The notes under the pieces were generated by a model that saw only the letters and a program-made list of their open reading frames with translations, was not told the DNA's origin and did not search any database. Positions 36,862 through 47,739 of a DNA stretch of 64,000 nt are shown here, one piece after another. The DNA comes from Histomonas meleagridis 2922-C6/04-290x (taxonomy: Eukaryota > Protista > Parabasalia): contig JAANOX010000190.1 in assembly GCA_020184695.1 (NCBI GenBank), positions 1 to 64,000 on the forward strand, in the 5' to 3' direction. The stretch's first letter is position 1. Each line of letters starts with the position of its first letter. The position numbers were made by a program, and so were the translations under genes.

Positions 36862-37896
36862 CTATCCAATTTTAACATTAATAGTCCAAAAGAAGAAGTC
36901 TTCATTGCATCCTATTCCAAAACAGTCTGTTTGGCAATCAGATGCAGTTACATTTGAAGGAATTGGTATCTGAATTGAATCTTTTTTGGCTTCAATTACA
37001 ACTTCCTTTTCCTCAATTCTTATAGAGTAGTCAAGTGGTGGCTTAGGAATAATATGGTCTTCTATGAGGGAATCTTGTTCATATGTTCCATCTTTTATCG
37101 TGTAAACCATTGAATTTGTTGTGGTAAATTTAACGTTCTCTTGACGAATGTAAAAAACATCGATTGGAGCAAACAGCTTTGTCTCGATTTGATTTATGCA
37201 TTCATATACGTTCACAACCTTTTTCCATAGTTTAATAATCGGTTCGGAATACGTAAGCAATGTATTTAAATTTATAGAAAGTAATTTTGTAACTGGAGCA
37301 GAATGAGCAGGAAACTCTTCTTCTACGGAAAAAGTAGATGTATTTAAGAAACGAACAAACCCATCATCTGTTCCAAAAACAATATGATAATAATGAGGAA
37401 CAGCACAATATACGCAATTACGAAAGCTAGGATTGGTAACAATCCATTCGCCAATACAGTAGCCATTTTCTTTGTTGAACCCTCTAAGAAATCCATCACC
37501 GCCAATGACAATTGTTTTTGTAAAAGAGCCACAATCAATAAATGTTATTTCCCCTGGCATTCTAGCTCTAGCAAATGACTTTAAGACGATTGATTTGCTA
37601 TGATACAGATATGAAGTTTGATAAAAAAATGGTATATGTTGATTGTAAGTTAATTTTGGAAATGTAATTAATTCAAGTATGGGCGTTGATTGCTGAAGGG
37701 CTTGAGCATCTTCGTGAACTTGTCTTTTGAGAAGAGAATTCATTCTGCTTTTTGTATCTTCAATTGAATTATATGATTTGATTTCATTTATACACTGGTC
37801 AATCTCTTCCATCATATGCTTAAATTCAATTTTCATTCTTTGTGCATTTTCTAGAAAACAATTCAACTCATTTAGTAGAGATGGATCAGGTTCCAT
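36862..37896 (-). CDS. Hypothetical protein with N-terminal coiled coil and WD40-like beta-propeller region
   Basis: IGGDGFLRGFN, FGTDDGFVRFLN, AHSAPVTKL, IIKLWK. Confidence 0.65.
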   Translation of the reverse strand: MEPDPSLLNELNCFLENAQRMKIEFKHMMEEIDQCINEIKSYNSIEDTKSRMNSLLKRQVHEDAQALQQSTPILELITFPKLTYNQHIPFFYQTSYLYHSKSIVLKSFARARMPGEITFIDCGSFTKTIVIGGDGFLRGFNKENGYCIGEWIVTNPSFRNCVYCAVPHYYHIVFGTDDGFVRFLNTSTFSVEEEFPAHSAPVTKLLSINLNTLLTYSEPIIKLWKKVVNVYECINQIETKLFAPIDVFYIRQENVKFTTTNSMVYTIKDGTYEQDSLIEDHIIPKPPLDYSIRIEEKEVVIEAKKDSIQIPIPSNVTASDCQTDCFGIGCNEDFFFWTINVKIG

Positions 37897-38270
37897 TTAA
37901 ATCTGACAAAAATATTTCAGAAAAAATAAAAATGACAAATATCGTTTAAGTTTGATAAGACAACGCATCACTTTTAAATTTGTTCAATTTTTTTCGTTAA
38001 ATTATCAGCATAATTTACGAAATTGAAATTTCTGATACAACCAAATCTCAAAAATGTAATTATTCCAATAAATAAAATTATTCTCAGTAATGTAAACAGT
38101 TACTAATTTTTGACATTAATAAAATGTAATGTTTTTGAGAAAATTTGTTTAATTTATGAACAAACATTACTAAAATATTAAGATCATTTTCATTTTTTAC
38201 ATTTTGGGTACCAATGTACTTTATCGTCCTGTATGAAATGTTATGTGAAATATTTATTAACAAGATTAAA

Positions 38271-41200
38271 ATGATTAACACAGATCAAGACGATAATACA
38301 AATTCTAAGTGTGATTCTATTTACATGAGTTTACTTACATCACTTGAACAAATTATTTTTAATTTAAATGAGGAAAATCTTTCTACATCAGTTCAACAGA
38401 CAATGGAATTATATGATTCAAATTTCCCATATTCATTTAATATTGTTATAAGTAATTTGGTTTATTATAGATTTTATTCTAAGTATTATGAAATCAATAC
38501 AAATTTAAAATATTTAGAAATTCTTCAAATGAAAGAGGAAGAAAAAAACAAAAATAATTTAAAAATTATTGATATTTTTGCTAATTACTTAATATCAAAG
38601 AAAATTATCGAAGAAGATGAACCATATTATATCATAGAAAGCATGATAAAATTAAATTTAATTGATGCAAATATTGTGAATATAATCCAATCAAAATATT
38701 TTGCGCATCGTAAACCTGAAAGTGAATATAAAGATTTTTATAATAGTGATCGATTTTGTAAAACTTTTATGAATAATAATTATAAGCTTTCAAAGAATGA
38801 TTGGGAACTTCATAAGCAATTAATCGAAGAAGGAGTAAATCCTAATAAACTTTCAAAAATAATTCGAAATGATGATATTGAAAAACTTCAAGAAATATCA
38901 AATCAAAATTATTTTAATTTAAATCAAATTATTGAACCATCACTTTATGAAAGATGTTCATACATTAATCATTATATTTCATTAATTGATTATGCAGCAT
39001 TTTTTGGATCCATTAAATGTTTCAAATATTTGTTATTAAATGGTTCTCGTATCAAAAATACCGGCAGTTATGCTGTGGCGAGTGGTAATTTAGAGATCAT
39101 TCATTTATGTGAGCAAAATCATGCTTCATTTAGTGGTGCATATGAAGCAGCAATTAAATTCCATCGAAATGAAATCTTTGATTATATATATGAAAATAAA
39201 ATTGAAACAATTAATAATGAGCTAATACAAATATATTGTGTCTGTAGTGGAAATTATGAAATTCTTACATATTTAGAGAAAAAAGCTATTAGTATAAGTG
39301 ATTCTTCTATTAATAAAGCAGCATTATATGGTAACATATATCTTGTTAAACACTTTCTTCAGAATAATTTGATACCAAATAAAATATTATTAAACTCAAT
39401 CATATCGCAAAATTTAGAACTTGTTAAATATATTCTTGAACAAGAAAATGTTAATGTGAATGATAAAGATATTTGATGTATTATATTTGATGTTATTTTT
39501 AATAATTTTATATTTCAAAATATTTTTTGAAAATAAAAAAAAATATTTGAAACAGCACTTATGTATGCATCTAAAAACAATTATGTTGAAATAGTAAAAA
39601 TGCTTCTTGAAAAGAAAGGAGTTGACATTAATCATAAAAATTTATATAAGTTTAATTAATTTTTATTTCAAAATCATATTTGGAAAATATTAAAATATTT
39701 TAGAACAGCACTTTCATGGGCAGCATTTAATGGTTTTACTGAAATAGCTAAATTACTTTTGAAGCAAGAAGGAATTGATATTAATACTAAGGAAATTTAT
39801 TTGTTTTATTTAGTATTTATTTTAATGATTTTATATATCAAAATAATATTTGGAAATTATTTAAATTATTTATGACAGCACTTATGTGGGCATCTAGATA
39901 TGGTTATACAGAAATAGTTAAAATGCTTCTTGAACAAAAAGGAATTGATATTAATACTAAAGATATGAATTTGTTTTATTTGAAATTTATTTTAATAATT
40001 TGATATTTCAAAATAATATTTGGAAATTGTTTAAATTATTTGATACAGCACTTATTTTAGCATCTGAAAAAGGTTATAGAGAAATAATGAAATTACTTCT
40101 TGAACAAAAAGGAATTGATATTGTTGTTGATAACATTTTTTTGCTTGATATAAATTTTGTTGAAATATTTCAATGTTTGAAAACAATATTTGGAAATTAT
40201 TATAATATTTTAGAACTCCACTTATGTGGGCAACATTATACGGTTATGCAGATATAGTAAAACTTCTTATTGAGAAAGAAGGAATTGATAAAAATGTTAA
40301 AGTTGTTTTCTTGAAATCATTAATGATATATATAAATAATATTTAAGAATTGTTTTAATAATTTAGTGAAGAATTTATGGTAGCACTTAAAAAAGGTCAC
40401 ACTGATGTAATTAAATTGCTTCTTGAACATGAAAGAGTTTATGTGAATGATAAAGATATTTATTAATTAAATATAAAATTTATTTATATATTTTAATGTT
40501 TCAAAGTAATATTTGAAACATCAATTCTTTTAGCATCTCAACTAGGTTACACCGAAATAATAAAACTCTTACTTGAATTAAAAGGAATCAATATCAATGC
40601 TAAAGATATAAATTTATTTAATTTTATTTTTATTTTTTTATTTTAATATTTCAAAATAATATTTGATAATTATATCAATAATTTTGCACACCACTTATTT
40701 TAGCTTCTAAAAAAGGTTATACTGATACAGTAAAATTATTACTTGAGAAAGAGGGTATAGATATTAATGCTAAAGATGCATATGATTAATGTTTAAAATT
40801 TGATACAATGATTTTATATTTCAAGATAATATTTGGTAATACAGCCCTTATTAATGCTTCTGAAAAAGGTTTTAATGAAATTGTTAAATTGCTTCTTCAA
40901 GAAAAAGGAATTGATATAAATGCTAAAAATATTTGTTAAATTATTTTAAAACTTGTTAAAACAATTTAATATTTCAAAATAATATTTGGTGATTAAACAT
41001 ATTATTTGAAACAGCACTTTATTTCGCATCCAAAAATGCATGTACAGATATAGTAAAATTACTTCTTGAACAAAAAGGAATTGATATTAATACAAAAGAT
41101 ATTTAATATTTTTATAGAATATTTAATTCAATAATTTAATGTTTTAAAAGAAAATTTGGAAATTATTTATATTATTTAGAACACCAATTATTATTGCATC

Positions 41201-41584
41201 ATTTGATGGTAATACAGAAGTTGTTAAATTGCTTCTTGAACAAGAGGAAATTGATATTAATGCTAAAGATATTTATTTTTTTATTTCCAAAATATATTTT
41301 AATAATTTTATGTTTAAAAAGAATATTTGGAGATTATTTAAATAATTTTATACAGCTTTACTTTATGCATCTTCTAATAACTATGTTGAAATAATCAAAT
41401 TACTAATTAAGCAAAAAGGAATTGATCTTAATGTTAAGGACATTTATATGCTTGTTTCAATATTTCTTTTAATTATTAGACGTTAATAAATAAGATTTGG
41501 AAATTGCTTAAAATATTACAAACAGCACTTATGATTGCTTCACAAAATAATTATCCTGAAATAGTTCAATTACTTCAGGAATAG
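38271..41584 (+). CDS. DUF3447-type ankyrin repeat gene (locus D): intact head ORF, then 13 ankyrin modules each preceded by a non-canonical spacer
   Basis: Head ORF runs to TGA at 39476. Modules start at 39552, 39705, 39875, 40045, 40215, 40368, 40518, 40688, 40841, 41011, 41181, 41352 and 41522; last module ends at TAG 41584. Confidence 0.85.
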
Positions 41585-42354
41585 ACATTTTATTTTAACA
41601 ATATGCTTATCTAGTTGAAACTTTTTACTTGCAATAAACTACTGATGGACACAATGTTTAATGTTTTATGTCTTGAATTTTTTTAGATATTATAATAAAG
41701 CAAATTTGCTATGTATAGTTTTATATTTTATTTATTGTGCGAAAAGCTTTATAATTTAATGAATTTAAAAATTCTTTTGGTTAACTTAATATCTTACCAG
41801 ATTCAATTTATCATCATATTTTCATCACATAAAAAAGCATTATTAAAATGAAATAAATAATTATTAAAGCTTTTCTAAAAAAAACAATTAAAATTTTTTT
41901 TTTGTTTTTATCATCATCTGATTCATTATGATTTATTATGGAGTAAAATCTAGTGTGATATGATATATCTAATGAATATTCAATGATTACATATACGTAA
42001 ATAAATAAATAAATAAATAATGTCTCAATATAAGAAAATGTTCAATCCACAATAGAAATAGCATTTGTAATCTTAGGAACAATTGTATTTGCAAATGTAC
42101 ATATGATACACTAAATTGTCTTGATCAAGATTTCCGTAAATGAATGTGTAAATATATGGAGTACATAAATCACTATACTTGTCTTTAATTACATCCAATT
42201 GATCTAATTGACTTTGCATATGTGATATTTCTTAATGGTTTTAACAATTTCTCTGCTGATTTAAATGTTCAATTTCATTCGAAGCAAAATCACATTAAAA
42301 CTTTAATAATATTTTATTCTCATTTAAGTGAAGTTCATTCATAAAAAAAACATT

Positions 42355-44997
42355 TTAATTAAATTCGAATTCTATTCCTTTTTGCGTGCACTTTACCGAC
42401 TGCAGTACGTCTGCCACGAAGCCAAATCCGTTGCTCCTCATTATCTCGGCCGCCTCTTTAATCTTTTTGCATGCGACCATGATCGATGCCGCCTGCAGGA
42501 AATGGTTGCCGGCGAGCAGCGTTCGCACGAGCGAGTCCAGAATCGCGCCAATGTCATTGTCATCCATTTTCGTCTTTGCAATTTCGAACACTTCTTCAAC
42601 ATTTCCTGTCGTCGTGAGAAGTTTCGCAGCCTCTTTGTACTGTTCTGTGATTATTAGGATGTCGGTGGCGTCGGATATCTTATTGGAGTCAATAAGCGCT
42701 GCTACAGATGGCGCTATTGCATGTTCTGAGTCTTTAGTGTTGAAATATGCAACTTTGATCGCATCGATTACATAGTTCGAACTGTTGGGTGGGGAGGCAA
42801 GGAATAGGTTCATAGCCTTTTCGTTGTTGCCAAGAAGTATTTCAAGCCTTGCTTTACGAATTCGAAGGACTTGATGTGATGATGAGGTTAATGCAAGCAT
42901 TCCGTTGATCACATCCAAGAATGAACGGATACGATCAACTGTGAAGTTCGCGCAGAAGCAATTAGGGGCGAAACGAGTCGGTGATAAAGATCTTAAAAGT
43001 ATTGCCAAAAGATTATAACCTGAATGAGAAGCAAGCTGACAAATACTGAACAGGTCTTTACTTGTTTCCTTAAGCTGTTTCATGAATTCCTCCTTTGATA
43101 AAACATTAATTTCTTTTGACCTCGAAAGAGGCGTGAGGCTATCGGCCGACAAGACCGTTAACGACGGTTGTGACGGTTTCTTGGCCAAAATTTGGCGACC
43201 GTTTATCCATTTGATGGATTTTAAACATTTTTCGTCATTTACGAACTTAACATTATAGCGCTCATTATCAAATTTGATCAAACCGACAGAGTTCGCAACG
43301 TCGACAACGAAGATATTATTTTCGTAAATTTCGATTGACGAAATTTGCTTTTTTAAGAAAGGAATTGTTAAGTTTTTATCTGACCAATCGATTACGATTA
43401 TGTCTCCGTGATTTGTGCCGCATATTAAATGGTCGTTCAATGCTTTTACGACTGTTGGATATTCATTAATTTTAATTATATTAAAATCGACTTTTGTTAA
43501 TAAGTGATAACTTTCTGATGAATTATCAGGAGATAGTAAATATTTCTTTCCAACCCATTTAGAAGTGATTATAATAATTTCTTCTTCACATATATCTGAA
43601 AATGTTGCTAATACTTGTGTTTGTTCAAGTATTGTAGCAAAATTATTTGTGTCTTTGAATACAAGAACGATATAACCGCTGATGACGATGGCAAAATATT
43701 TGCGGTTTTTCGATACAATTATGTCAATTGAAGATTCATAGAAATTGAATGCAGACCGAAGAAGTGAAAATGCTTTCATCGAAGGAATGTCATAGAAGAA
43801 AGCCTTAGTGGCGTTATTCGCAGCAACAACAATAGCTACAAACTTGTCTTGATTCAGCCATACAATGCGTGCGATTCTTCCTTCATATAAATGAAAGAAA
43901 TTAGAAATATGAGAATCTCTTGTAATCGAAATATAACCATAAACTGATCCAGTTATTAACGAGTTATTGTATACATCAAAGTCTAGTGGTTTTGAAGGAA
44001 GCATTTTATGGACACAACATGGAACAATATCATGATCAACAAATTCGAATATTTGTAGAAACCCACCAAGAGACAAAACAGCAATTTTGTTCTTGTAGTG
44101 AGATTGGACGATATAAGAACGAATACTACTTTTAGGATGTGAAATATATTGGATATGATGTCGCCTGATGAGGCCATTACTTGTGACTTCATACTTCCGA
44201 AAGTGTGTACCATGAATTAGAGCAAAAATTGTTTCATTAGATTCGTCAAATGCAATATCGAAAATACGCTCATGACCCATATCAGAACCAATGACTTTAA
44301 CAAGGGCTCTATCTGAGAGTGTATAAATGTTAACACCTGTCGAGCTAACAAATAAAAGTGTGTTATTGAGAAATGGATAATATCTGACTTGTTTAAGTGG
44401 ATTATCATTTATTGGAAACTTGCCACCAAGGTTGATAGTGCCACCTGTTTGTGCTGAAAGAATTTTGAAATCGCCTAAGCTTGCTGCAACTAATAGAGAA
44501 TCTGAATCAAATGGTGATATTGCGAAAAAGTCTGGTGAAAAATGTAACTCGCTTGACCACAAAACTTTGTAGCTACTTTCGTCTGTAATTTGAAAACATG
44601 TAACATTGTTATTTGAATCTCCAATAAAAAATTTATCACTTGAAATTGTTGACCATATTGATGAAATAAGAGAACGGTCAGATGTTGTAAAGCTTGCAAC
44701 AGTACGTTTTTTAGAAAAATCAAAAACAATACCTAAAGATTTTGTTGTTATTAAAAGTTGAATTGGCGTTTGTCCATCATTATCAAAACCCATGCACCAA
44801 GAGAGCGTTGTAATGTCTTGGTTTAATGGGTTTGTTGTGAAAAGTAGTTCTAGACTTTTTGATTTATGTGAAAAAATAGATAAAATTGGTCCATTAGCCA
44901 TTGCCAATAATCCACTTGGACTCCATGATAATATATTATTTTTCTCTTTATTTGATGGGTAAGTCCAATCTAAAGTTGGAAAGTTCTGTTCACTCAT
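42355..44997 (-). CDS. WD40 repeat protein, WDR11-like
   Basis: N-terminal LSWSPSGLLA. The C-terminal GNNEKAMNLFLASPPNSSNYVIDAIK...AAKLLTTTG resembles the WDR11 C-terminal helical region (recalled, not searched). Confidence 0.65.
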   Translation of the reverse strand: MSEQNFPTLDWTYPSNKEKNNILSWSPSGLLAMANGPILSIFSHKSKSLELLFTTNPLNQDITTLSWCMGFDNDGQTPIQLLITTKSLGIVFDFSKKRTVASFTTSDRSLISSIWSTISSDKFFIGDSNNNVTCFQITDESSYKVLWSSELHFSPDFFAISPFDSDSLLVAASLGDFKILSAQTGGTINLGGKFPINDNPLKQVRYYPFLNNTLLFVSSTGVNIYTLSDRALVKVIGSDMGHERIFDIAFDESNETIFALIHGTHFRKYEVTSNGLIRRHHIQYISHPKSSIRSYIVQSHYKNKIAVLSLGGFLQIFEFVDHDIVPCCVHKMLPSKPLDFDVYNNSLITGSVYGYISITRDSHISNFFHLYEGRIARIVWLNQDKFVAIVVAANNATKAFFYDIPSMKAFSLLRSAFNFYESSIDIIVSKNRKYFAIVISGYIVLVFKDTNNFATILEQTQVLATFSDICEEEIIIITSKWVGKKYLLSPDNSSESYHLLTKVDFNIIKINEYPTVVKALNDHLICGTNHGDIIVIDWSDKNLTIPFLKKQISSIEIYENNIFVVDVANSVGLIKFDNERYNVKFVNDEKCLKSIKWINGRQILAKKPSQPSLTVLSADSLTPLSRSKEINVLSKEEFMKQLKETSKDLFSICQLASHSGYNLLAILLRSLSPTRFAPNCFCANFTVDRIRSFLDVINGMLALTSSSHQVLRIRKARLEILLGNNEKAMNLFLASPPNSSNYVIDAIKVAYFNTKDSEHAIAPSVAALIDSNKISDATDILIITEQYKEAAKLLTTTGNVEEVFEIAKTKMDDNDIGAILDSLVRTLLAGNHFLQAASIMVACKKIKEAAEIMRSNGFGFVADVLQSVKCTQKGIEFEFN

Positions 44998-45252
44998 TTG
45001 TAATGTTCCAACAAAATCGTGTTTTTGTTAACGTTCTCCGGTGAACACAATTCAAATTTCACGCACAACAAAAATTTAAATTTGAAGTAGAAGCAGCAAT
45101 TAAAATAATAACGAAATAAGTTTTTTTCATTCATCATTATATAAAATCAAAAATTTTCTTATTGAAATTATCATTTTTTTATTGTTACTAACAAAAGAAA
45201 TTTATATAAAAACAACATTTATTTATAAACACAATGCCGCTATTTTTATTAT

Positions 45253-47739
45253 TTATTTCTCTATGTACAACGCATTTGACACCAATGAAATAAACCCAGA
45301 AATTTCATACACAGAATTCGAGCATATGCAGATGTTGCAACATTTCTCCTGTGTACTCTTCTGTACTTCCAAAGCGAAAACAGATCCGAAAATAGTTTTA
45401 CAGACGAAATATTCACATCCATTATTGGAAGCCACAGCGTAAATATTATTTTTCTCGAATATTTTCTCCAAATCCTCCAACAGAACATTTGCTAATTTTT
45501 TGGTCACTTTAATGTTCTGTGGAATTTTACTTAAACAATTTAAGAAATTCGATTTCTCAATCAAAGCGCCTTTTTCATTATCATCCAAAAGAATAAATGG
45601 CAATGAAATCGGCACCGAAAAATAATCAGTTACATCATCGAAACATAATTTTAATGGAATATATTCGAACAATTTTTGTTCATTATAATTCTGATTAACG
45701 TTAACAATAACATAAAAATTCTTTTTTTCGTTTGCTTTGATTTCTTCTTCATTAATATTAATAACGAAAGCATTCCATTCCGAAGTTATTTGATGAATAA
45801 CAATTGTTTCATCACTATTATTACATATAGTTAAATACATTAATCGTTTTTGCGAATTTTTAATTGTTAAAATTCCTTTGATTTCAATTATATCTTTTTG
45901 TTGATATAAAATCGGAATATTTTCTAAGTTTTCGTCAATTTCATTTTCGTCTTCATTATAAACAATTGATAAAATATTGTTTTCTTCAGTATATACAATC
46001 GGATTAATAACATTTTCATCTCGTAAATGAAAAGAATTGTTTTTGTCATTGAGAATTGTGGATATTGTACCCATCTGCTCAATCTTTACGTCAAGATTTG
46101 CGCTCTTTAATATGTTTGGTATGAATGGAGGTAACAATGACATTATAACTTCTTTCGCTTTCTTTCGTGACTCTGTTAATAAACTTAAGTATAATTGCGC
46201 GCGATCTTTTAGATCTGGTGAACTTAGTTCATAAATGGATAAATATAAAACATGTTTTAACATTTGTTTGCCTTTGGTTGGGTTTCCTAAATAAAACTTT
46301 ATAATCGCTGTGAGTATCGATAATTGAACTTCAACTGGATCATCAACAAATTCTTGTAACAACAAACTATCAATCAACTCTGCGACGTTTTGGATCGCAT
46401 ATGAATATTCTCCGATCATCCATATTACTGCTGATCGTGCTTTTGCATCGGAGAAATTATGTATTAATTTACAAACAATTGGTATGATGTTTTCATATTG
46501 ACTTGGATAATTCCGGAAAATATTGACTGTTACTACTATACATTCTTGGATAATGTAGTCTACTTTTGTTTGGATAAGAGTTATAATTAAGTCAACGCAA
46601 TTTTTGACAACGCTATCGTACAAAAGTGCTATTTTGCCAATGCATTGAATGCTTTTCTGTACAAATTGAATACAGCCGTCCTTAACGTACGACTCAAGCT
46701 CTGAAATTATTTCAATTGAATTCTCTTCGGTTGTGAGGCCGATAACGATATCGAGTTTCTCGATTTTTATGTAATCAGCATCATCTTTATGGCACAAAAA
46801 TAAGGGAAAATATTCAAGAAGATATTGACGGAGTTGTGGAAGCATTAGTTTGATGTTTTTTAAAACAGTAAATTGAACTTCTTTTTTCGAACGAAGTAAG
46901 CTAAGAAATTGATGAAGAATGGATTTGATGGTCTCTGCTGAAAAAAGAGAGTCATTTATAATGGTACACATCTTGTAACAACAGAAAAAAGCAGATGTAA
47001 TTATTCCTGGATTAACACGGAAAAGTTGTGGAAATACTTTTTCGATAACAGATTTGGCGAATCTTGGATCATTTGGAGAGAAGTCGCGAATAAAATCAAG
47101 AAAATGTATCATTTTCCATTCTGATAAATCTTCGATAACTTTAAGTAAATTATCTACTGTTTTAATGTTGATAGTAATTAACTGTGTTTTATATGTGCGA
47201 TTTATTTCTTGCATTGTGAAAATAGCATTTAGAACTACATTTGGATTTGGATCATTAAGAAGATTATGAAGTATTGGAATAAGATTATATTTTGAAATTA
47301 AAGTATGATCATTGTTATGTAATTTTAATATTGAAAGAGCTGAAGTTTCACGAATATAAGGATCTGAAGATTGAGATCCTGAAACAATAATTGGAATTAA
47401 TTGAACTGAATTTTCTTTGTTACACATTATTCCTGCTTTACGTACTGCATTTGCTTTCAAAAGTAAATTTGGATTTTCAAAGTCAGATATAATTGAATTA
47501 ATCAAGTAAATATTTAATGATAAATTTGTTGTGGCGCTCGAAGCGCCAATAATTCTAATAAATCTATGTATTGATATATTATCATCAGTTTGAAAGTTAG
47601 TAATGGATGGAATAATTTGTGAATTGTCTTGCTGTTTTGCAAATCTTGTTACTAACTGTCTCATTCCGTCAACTTTCATTTTTTGATCTTTTGAATTTAA
47701 ATTTTTTATTATTTCTTGGATGTCAGCGGAATTTGTCAT
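45253..47739 (-). CDS. AP complex beta subunit (beta-adaptin, AP-1/2-like)
   Basis: SSDPYIRETSA, LLNDPNPNVVLNA, FVQKSIQCIGKIA, ARSAVIWMIGEY, EVQLSILTAIIK, PDLKDRAQLYLSLL. Confidence 0.9.
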   Translation of the reverse strand: MTNSADIQEIIKNLNSKDQKMKVDGMRQLVTRFAKQQDNSQIIPSITNFQTDDNISIHRFIRIIGASSATTNLSLNIYLINSIISDFENPNLLLKANAVRKAGIMCNKENSVQLIPIIVSGSQSSDPYIRETSALSILKLHNNDHTLISKYNLIPILHNLLNDPNPNVVLNAIFTMQEINRTYKTQLITINIKTVDNLLKVIEDLSEWKMIHFLDFIRDFSPNDPRFAKSVIEKVFPQLFRVNPGIITSAFFCCYKMCTIINDSLFSAETIKSILHQFLSLLRSKKEVQFTVLKNIKLMLPQLRQYLLEYFPLFLCHKDDADYIKIEKLDIVIGLTTEENSIEIISELESYVKDGCIQFVQKSIQCIGKIALLYDSVVKNCVDLIITLIQTKVDYIIQECIVVTVNIFRNYPSQYENIIPIVCKLIHNFSDAKARSAVIWMIGEYSYAIQNVAELIDSLLLQEFVDDPVEVQLSILTAIIKFYLGNPTKGKQMLKHVLYLSIYELSSPDLKDRAQLYLSLLTESRKKAKEVIMSLLPPFIPNILKSANLDVKIEQMGTISTILNDKNNSFHLRDENVINPIVYTEENNILSIVYNEDENEIDENLENIPILYQQKDIIEIKGILTIKNSQKRLMYLTICNNSDETIVIHQITSEWNAFVININEEEIKANEKKNFYVIVNVNQNYNEQKLFEYIPLKLCFDDVTDYFSVPISLPFILLDDNEKGALIEKSNFLNCLSKIPQNIKVTKKLANVLLEDLEKIFEKNNIYAVASNNGCEYFVCKTIFGSVFALEVQKSTQEKCCNICICSNSVYEISGFISLVSNALYIEK

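Noticed and set aside
40006-40026. Imperfect hairpin TTTCAAAATAATATTTGGAAA as the defining signal
   Set aside because: Present in many A and D spacers but very AT-rich and weak, and not conserved in locus B units; may be incidental to the 20-nt periodicity.
39965-40044. Simple collapse between terminal ATTT/TTATTT direct repeats, or a single fixed matched-codon ribosomal hop (TTG TTT to TTA TTT)
   Set aside because: Direct-repeat collapse leaves 7 or 11 nt (out of frame). The Leu-Phe match exists in many spacers, but several have a stop before it and locus B lacks it, so neither works as a universal rule. Bypass with variable sites is not excluded.
39471-41521. Ankyrin spacers as ordinary spliceosomal introns
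   Set aside because: No conserved GT or GC donor, AG acceptor, AT-AC pair or ACTAAC branch motif at a shared register on either strand.
39474-41521. Stop-codon reassignment explaining the interrupted ankyrin genes
   Set aside because: TAA, TAG and TGA terminate ordinary genes in this window, and 80-nt spacers shift frame whatever the genetic code.
45187-45197. ACTAACAAAAG resembling a trichomonad intron 3' motif
   Set aside because: Intergenic, wrong spacing, and no upstream GT donor joining any ORFs.
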